A stretch of 63,722 bases of DNA, the filler included. It is 13 parts of 13 records of this genome, joined end to end, with 100 filler letters (N's around TTAATTAATTAA, not from the genome) between each part and the next. Parts side by side here need not be neighbours in the genome. Positions count along the whole stretch, not along the records: positions 60,453 to 63,722 come from SRR7504441_10882; 12 more parts are not named here. One strand, written 5' to 3'. A program made the translations under genes and the position numbers. The notes under the pieces were generated by a model that did not search any database, was not told the DNA's origin, and saw nothing but the letters and a program-made list of their open reading frames with translations. Positions 60,467-63,722 of the stretch are shown here, piece after piece (the stretch's first letter is position 1; the number at the start of each line of letters is the position of its first letter).

Positions 60467-61693
60467 TTAATGCAACCGGACTGGGTTCTCCTGGTCATGA
60501 GTATCGGTGCCTATCGCTAACCGCTGGTTAGGCTTCAACTGTGGATGCTCAAACACGAGCTGCATGACCACTCTCTCCGCGTCGCAGCTGTTCCAGGCCT
60601 CGTGCTCAAAGCTATCGTCAAAGAAGTTGATCTGCCCCTCGGCCCAGCTCCGAGTCTCGTTGGCCACCCTAATCCTGGCGCAGCCCTCGCCCGGGACCCT
60701 CAGCCCAAGATGCCACTTGAGTTGAGTATTGCTACTCCCACAGTGAGGCCTCAGGTGGGCCCCGCTCCCAATCGACGACCAGCCCATCCGTTGAATCCGC
60801 ATCCCCGTCGCCGCCAGCCGCCGCCAAAGCGCACAAGCCCTAGGCGCCGCGGTCGCGCAGCCCTGCTCGTCCTTTGAGTGCCCTGGGCCGTTGAGTTCAA
60901 ACCTCCGCCAGTGGCCCCTCTGCGGGTCATGGATGCACTCGCGCTCCTCGCGCATCAGCGGCCGGACCTGCTCGTACTCCGCCGACAGCTCGGCCGTGGC
61001 TGCCATCATCAGCGTGGCGGCCGGCACAAGCCATCCAGCCAGCCCTGCCTCCATCGAGTGCCACGGCCGGGCCAGCAAGCCAGCCACGTACACCCCGGGC
61101 AGCTGGTCCGCCAGATCCCGCGCCCCGCTGGCCAGCACTGCCGCCACGAGCTCATCCGACCGCTTGATCATCGCCGTCCGGACAGCTGCCGGCATCCCAG
61201 TCGTGCTCCGGACTGTCGATCGGAGCAAATCGGCGTGCCGGATGGCGTGCTTGGGCCCAGGGCCGGGGAGCAGCTTAACGCCGGCCTCGTAGCTGTGCAG
61301 CGCCGACACCGGGTCCCCGGCGCACTCCAGGAGGTCCGCTCGCTGCATCATGAGCACCGCTCGAGCCCGGCCCGGCAGCTGCGCCGCCCTGCTCAGGGCC
61401 TTGTCTACCCACTGCACCGCCTCCTGGCTCCGGCCCAGCTGCCGTAGGTCCTCCGCCACCGCCGCGCACCCCACCAGCCACTCCGTGCCGGTTGCGGAGC
61501 CCTCGACGGCCCGCCTGTGGAGCTCCAGCGCGGCCAGCGGCCGGCCCTGTCGGAGCTCGTGATCCGCACGTGCCTCGAGCTGGGCCGAGCTCTCGTGGGG
61601 GGCGTGGTGCAGCCACAGAAGCCCCGCAACCAGCCCCAACAGCCCGAGCAGCCAGCTGCCCAGCCAGCTGCCCCGGCTCCTCTGCCGAGCCAT
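60467..61693 (-). CDS. Aspartyl/asparaginyl beta-hydroxylase-like 2OG oxygenase with TM anchor and TPR-like repeats
   Basis: N-terminal TM segment, TPR-like helices, GLLARPW, HLRPHCGSSN..LKWHLGL and FDDSFEHEAWN. Confidence 0.9.
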   Translation of the reverse strand: MARQRSRGSWLGSWLLGLLGLVAGLLWLHHAPHESSAQLEARADHELRQGRPLAALELHRRAVEGSATGTEWLVGCAAVAEDLRQLGRSQEAVQWVDKALSRAAQLPGRARAVLMMQRADLLECAGDPVSALHSYEAGVKLLPGPGPKHAIRHADLLRSTVRSTTGMPAAVRTAMIKRSDELVAAVLASGARDLADQLPGVYVAGLLARPWHSMEAGLAGWLVPAATLMMAATAELSAEYEQVRPLMREERECIHDPQRGHWRRFELNGPGHSKDEQGCATAAPRACALWRRLAATGMRIQRMGWSSIGSGAHLRPHCGSSNTQLKWHLGLRVPGEGCARIRVANETRSWAEGQINFFDDSFEHEAWNSCDAERVVMQLVFEHPQLKPNQRLAIGTDTHDQENPVRLH

Positions 61694-61737
61694 ACAAATA
61701 ACGGACTTCCGGCCAGCCGATCCAGGCTTGCAGCGCA

Positions 61738-63722
61738 ATGAGGCGGGCTTACCTTGCTCTGTTGCTGGCTGCGCTCGGGCAGGCAGCCCCACCAGCCCCA
61801 TCAGTGGTGCTCACTCAGCCGTCGACCGGCCGCCGCTTCCGGGTGCAGCCGCTCTCGTGCTCGCTGCTCCGCCTGGAGGCGGCCGCGGCCGACGGGATGT
61901 TCGAGGACCGAACCACCTTCCTCGTGCCGAATCGGCGGTGGCCGGGCGCCCCGCGCCTGCTCCGGTCCAACGGCACCCACGCCGCTACCAGCTGCTACTC
62001 GGTCGGGCTCACCGACCGGCTGCTACACGTGTATAACGGCTCAGGCGGCCAGGTGTGGCAGGCGAGCAGCCTGCGGGCCGTCAAGCCGCGCCAGGCCATG
62101 CCGGCCCCCGGCGACCAGTTCGACATGTGGGCGGTGCTCGACCAGCCCCGGTTCGCCGTCCCGAGCCAGGGGCCTCTGCCGGGTAGCGCGAGGCAGTTCG
62201 ATCGAAGCCGGCCGTCGGACGACGCTTACTTCTGGATTAAACCGGCTGGCACGCGGCTCGGGTATACCAAGCTGCGGAGCGACCTGCTCGCGCTGACCGG
62301 CCCGGTGCCGCTGCTCCCGGATTACGCGCTCGGGCTTTGGTTTACGTGGTATCATAACTACACGGCTGAGGCTAAGCTGAGTGAGATAAGAGAGTTTGGG
62401 CGGCGAGGGTTCGAGCTGAGTGTGGCCGGGCTGGATATGGACTGGCGACTGCACCCGTGCTACCCCAACTCGCCCACGCCCAACTGCTCGGACACCCCGC
62501 TCGAGACTGAGCGGCATTACGTGACAAACACAGGCCTGTTCCCGGACATGAGGCACTTCCTTCAGCAAGCCCATCTGCTCAATGTGAGCGTCTTCTTCAA
62601 CGACCACCCAATGCCCCCGTCCCCAGTAACGGACTTTCCCGAGCTCTCGCCGGCCGAGATCGAGTTCCGTTACGAAGGGCTCCGGTCGCAACTCAATGTC
62701 GGGCTCGATTTCTGGTGGTTCGACTGTCATTGGCACGACTTGATCCCAGGACTAAATGACACCGACGGGCAGCTCGACTACGTGGCCTGGGGCCAATACG
62801 TGTTCACCTCGGTCTTGGACGATTTCAACGCCGGAGCCAGCCAGCCGCCGGGCCGGAAGAAGCAGAGGACAGTTATGCTCGGATGCTCGAGCTCGTCACA
62901 TCGCGCCAACCACCGCACTCCGGTCTTCTGGACTGGCGATAACCACTACGACCAGCTGGCACTCGGAGTGGCGCAGATGGTCGACGCCGGAGTGGATCTC
63001 AAGCCTTGGGTACACCAGGACTGCGGAGGGCATCACGGCCCGGGCTCCGTGCTCGAGCCGCTAGCATATCCGGGAGAGGTCTACGCTCGATGGCTGCAGT
63101 TCTGCTCGCTTGGGACCATCGCCCGGCTTCATAGCGACCCGGGCATGTCCCGGCTGCCCTGGCTGTTCGGGCCGGGCGCCGAGAGGATCGCGCGCTCGTT
63201 TGTTCAGCTGCGAGCTCAACTGATGCCCACGCTGGTTGCGGCCGCTCGGCGCACCAGCCAGGATGGCACCCCGATCGTGCAACGATGCGACCTGAGCTGG
63301 CCCGATCTGGCCAGCGAGGGCGCCGGGCTGAGCAGCCAGTATCTGCTCGCTGGGGAGTTGCTGGTCCATCCAGTCGACCCGTTTGCAGGCATCCCAGTGA
63401 ACGACTCCTCAAAGCACACGTACTCGCCTCCGTCTGGCAAGTTTAACCGAAACGCCACAGTCTGGCTCCCGCCGGGCGAGTGGCACCACGCGTTCACCGG
63501 CCAGCGGCTCGAGGGCCCGCGTAATCTTAGCCTGACGGACGTGCCGGTTGACCAGCTGCCTTTGTTTCACAGGGGTGGCGGCATGCTCGTAACCAGCACC
63601 GGCCGAGGACAGGCCACCTGGGACCGGCCGACCCTTGAAATCTGGCCGACCCGTGCTGCTTTTACCAACCAGCCGAGTGCACGGACCGTTGTCGTGCAGC
63701 ATTTGTACCCTCCGAGTGACAG
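61738..63722 (+). CDS. Glycoside hydrolase family 31, signal peptide, 3'-partial (missing from the ORF track because it runs off the window)
   Basis: MRRAYLALLLAALG, LLRLE..DGMFEDR.TF, GPVPLLPDYALGLW, LDMDW, FWWFD (nucleophile), WTGD (acid/base), YARWLQF and VWLPPGEW. Confidence 0.92.
   Translation, partial: MRRAYLALLLAALGQAAPPAPSVVLTQPSTGRRFRVQPLSCSLLRLEAAAADGMFEDRTTFLVPNRRWPGAPRLLRSNGTHAATSCYSVGLTDRLLHVYNGSGGQVWQASSLRAVKPRQAMPAPGDQFDMWAVLDQPRFAVPSQGPLPGSARQFDRSRPSDDAYFWIKPAGTRLGYTKLRSDLLALTGPVPLLPDYALGLWFTWYHNYTAEAKLSEIREFGRRGFELSVAGLDMDWRLHPCYPNSPTPNCSDTPLETERHYVTNTGLFPDMRHFLQQAHLLNVSVFFNDHPMPPSPVTDFPELSPAEIEFRYEGLRSQLNVGLDFWWFDCHWHDLIPGLNDTDGQLDYVAWGQYVFTSVLDDFNAGASQPPGRKKQRTVMLGCSSSSHRANHRTPVFWTGDNHYDQLALGVAQMVDAGVDLKPWVHQDCGGHHGPGSVLEPLAYPGEVYARWLQFCSLGTIARLHSDPGMSRLPWLFGPGAERIARSFVQLRAQLMPTLVAAARRTSQDGTPIVQRCDLSWPDLASEGAGLSSQYLLAGELLVHPVDPFAGIPVNDSSKHTYSPPSGKFNRNATVWLPPGEWHHAFTGQRLEGPRNLSLTDVPVDQLPLFHRGGGMLVTSTGRGQATWDRPTLEIWPTRAAFTNQPSARTVVVQHLYPPSD

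Overview
This window is not one locus. It is 13 unrelated eukaryotic contigs joined by 12 artificial 100-nt linkers (N-run + TTAATTAATTAA + N-run), so nothing can be inferred from adjacency across a linker. The DNA comes from a gene-dense, probably flagellated protist (CFAP96 homologue). It has many very short spliceosomal introns (about 36-47 nt, GC-rich, often GC-AG, many in frame and stop-free), which explain why the ORF track is fragmented. After manual splicing about 30 genes can be read. Routine genes include RanBP1, an ABCC transporter, WDR44-like, DNA polymerase X, GH31, an SDR, AspH and a P4H. Several proteins have unusual architectures: (1) an aldehyde dehydrogenase fused, across one 46-nt intron, to a complete four-His carotenoid/stilbenoid cleavage dioxygenase (about 1074 aa, N-terminal MGATCS); (2) a type I PKS segment with an in-cis KS-HMG-CoA synthase-ECH-ECH-ER-ACP-KS beta-branching cassette; (3) an intron-containing tunnel-type (CYTH/Cet1) RNA triphosphatase-guanylyltransferase fusion; (4) a saposin + vitellogenin-like + Cys-rich giant protein; (5) a protein built of at least six tandem NCS/calcineurin-B-like modules. 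Several divergent gene pairs have start codons only 34-113 nt apart. No rRNA, tRNA, CRISPR array or mobile element was recognised. All calls are by eye; no database searches were run.
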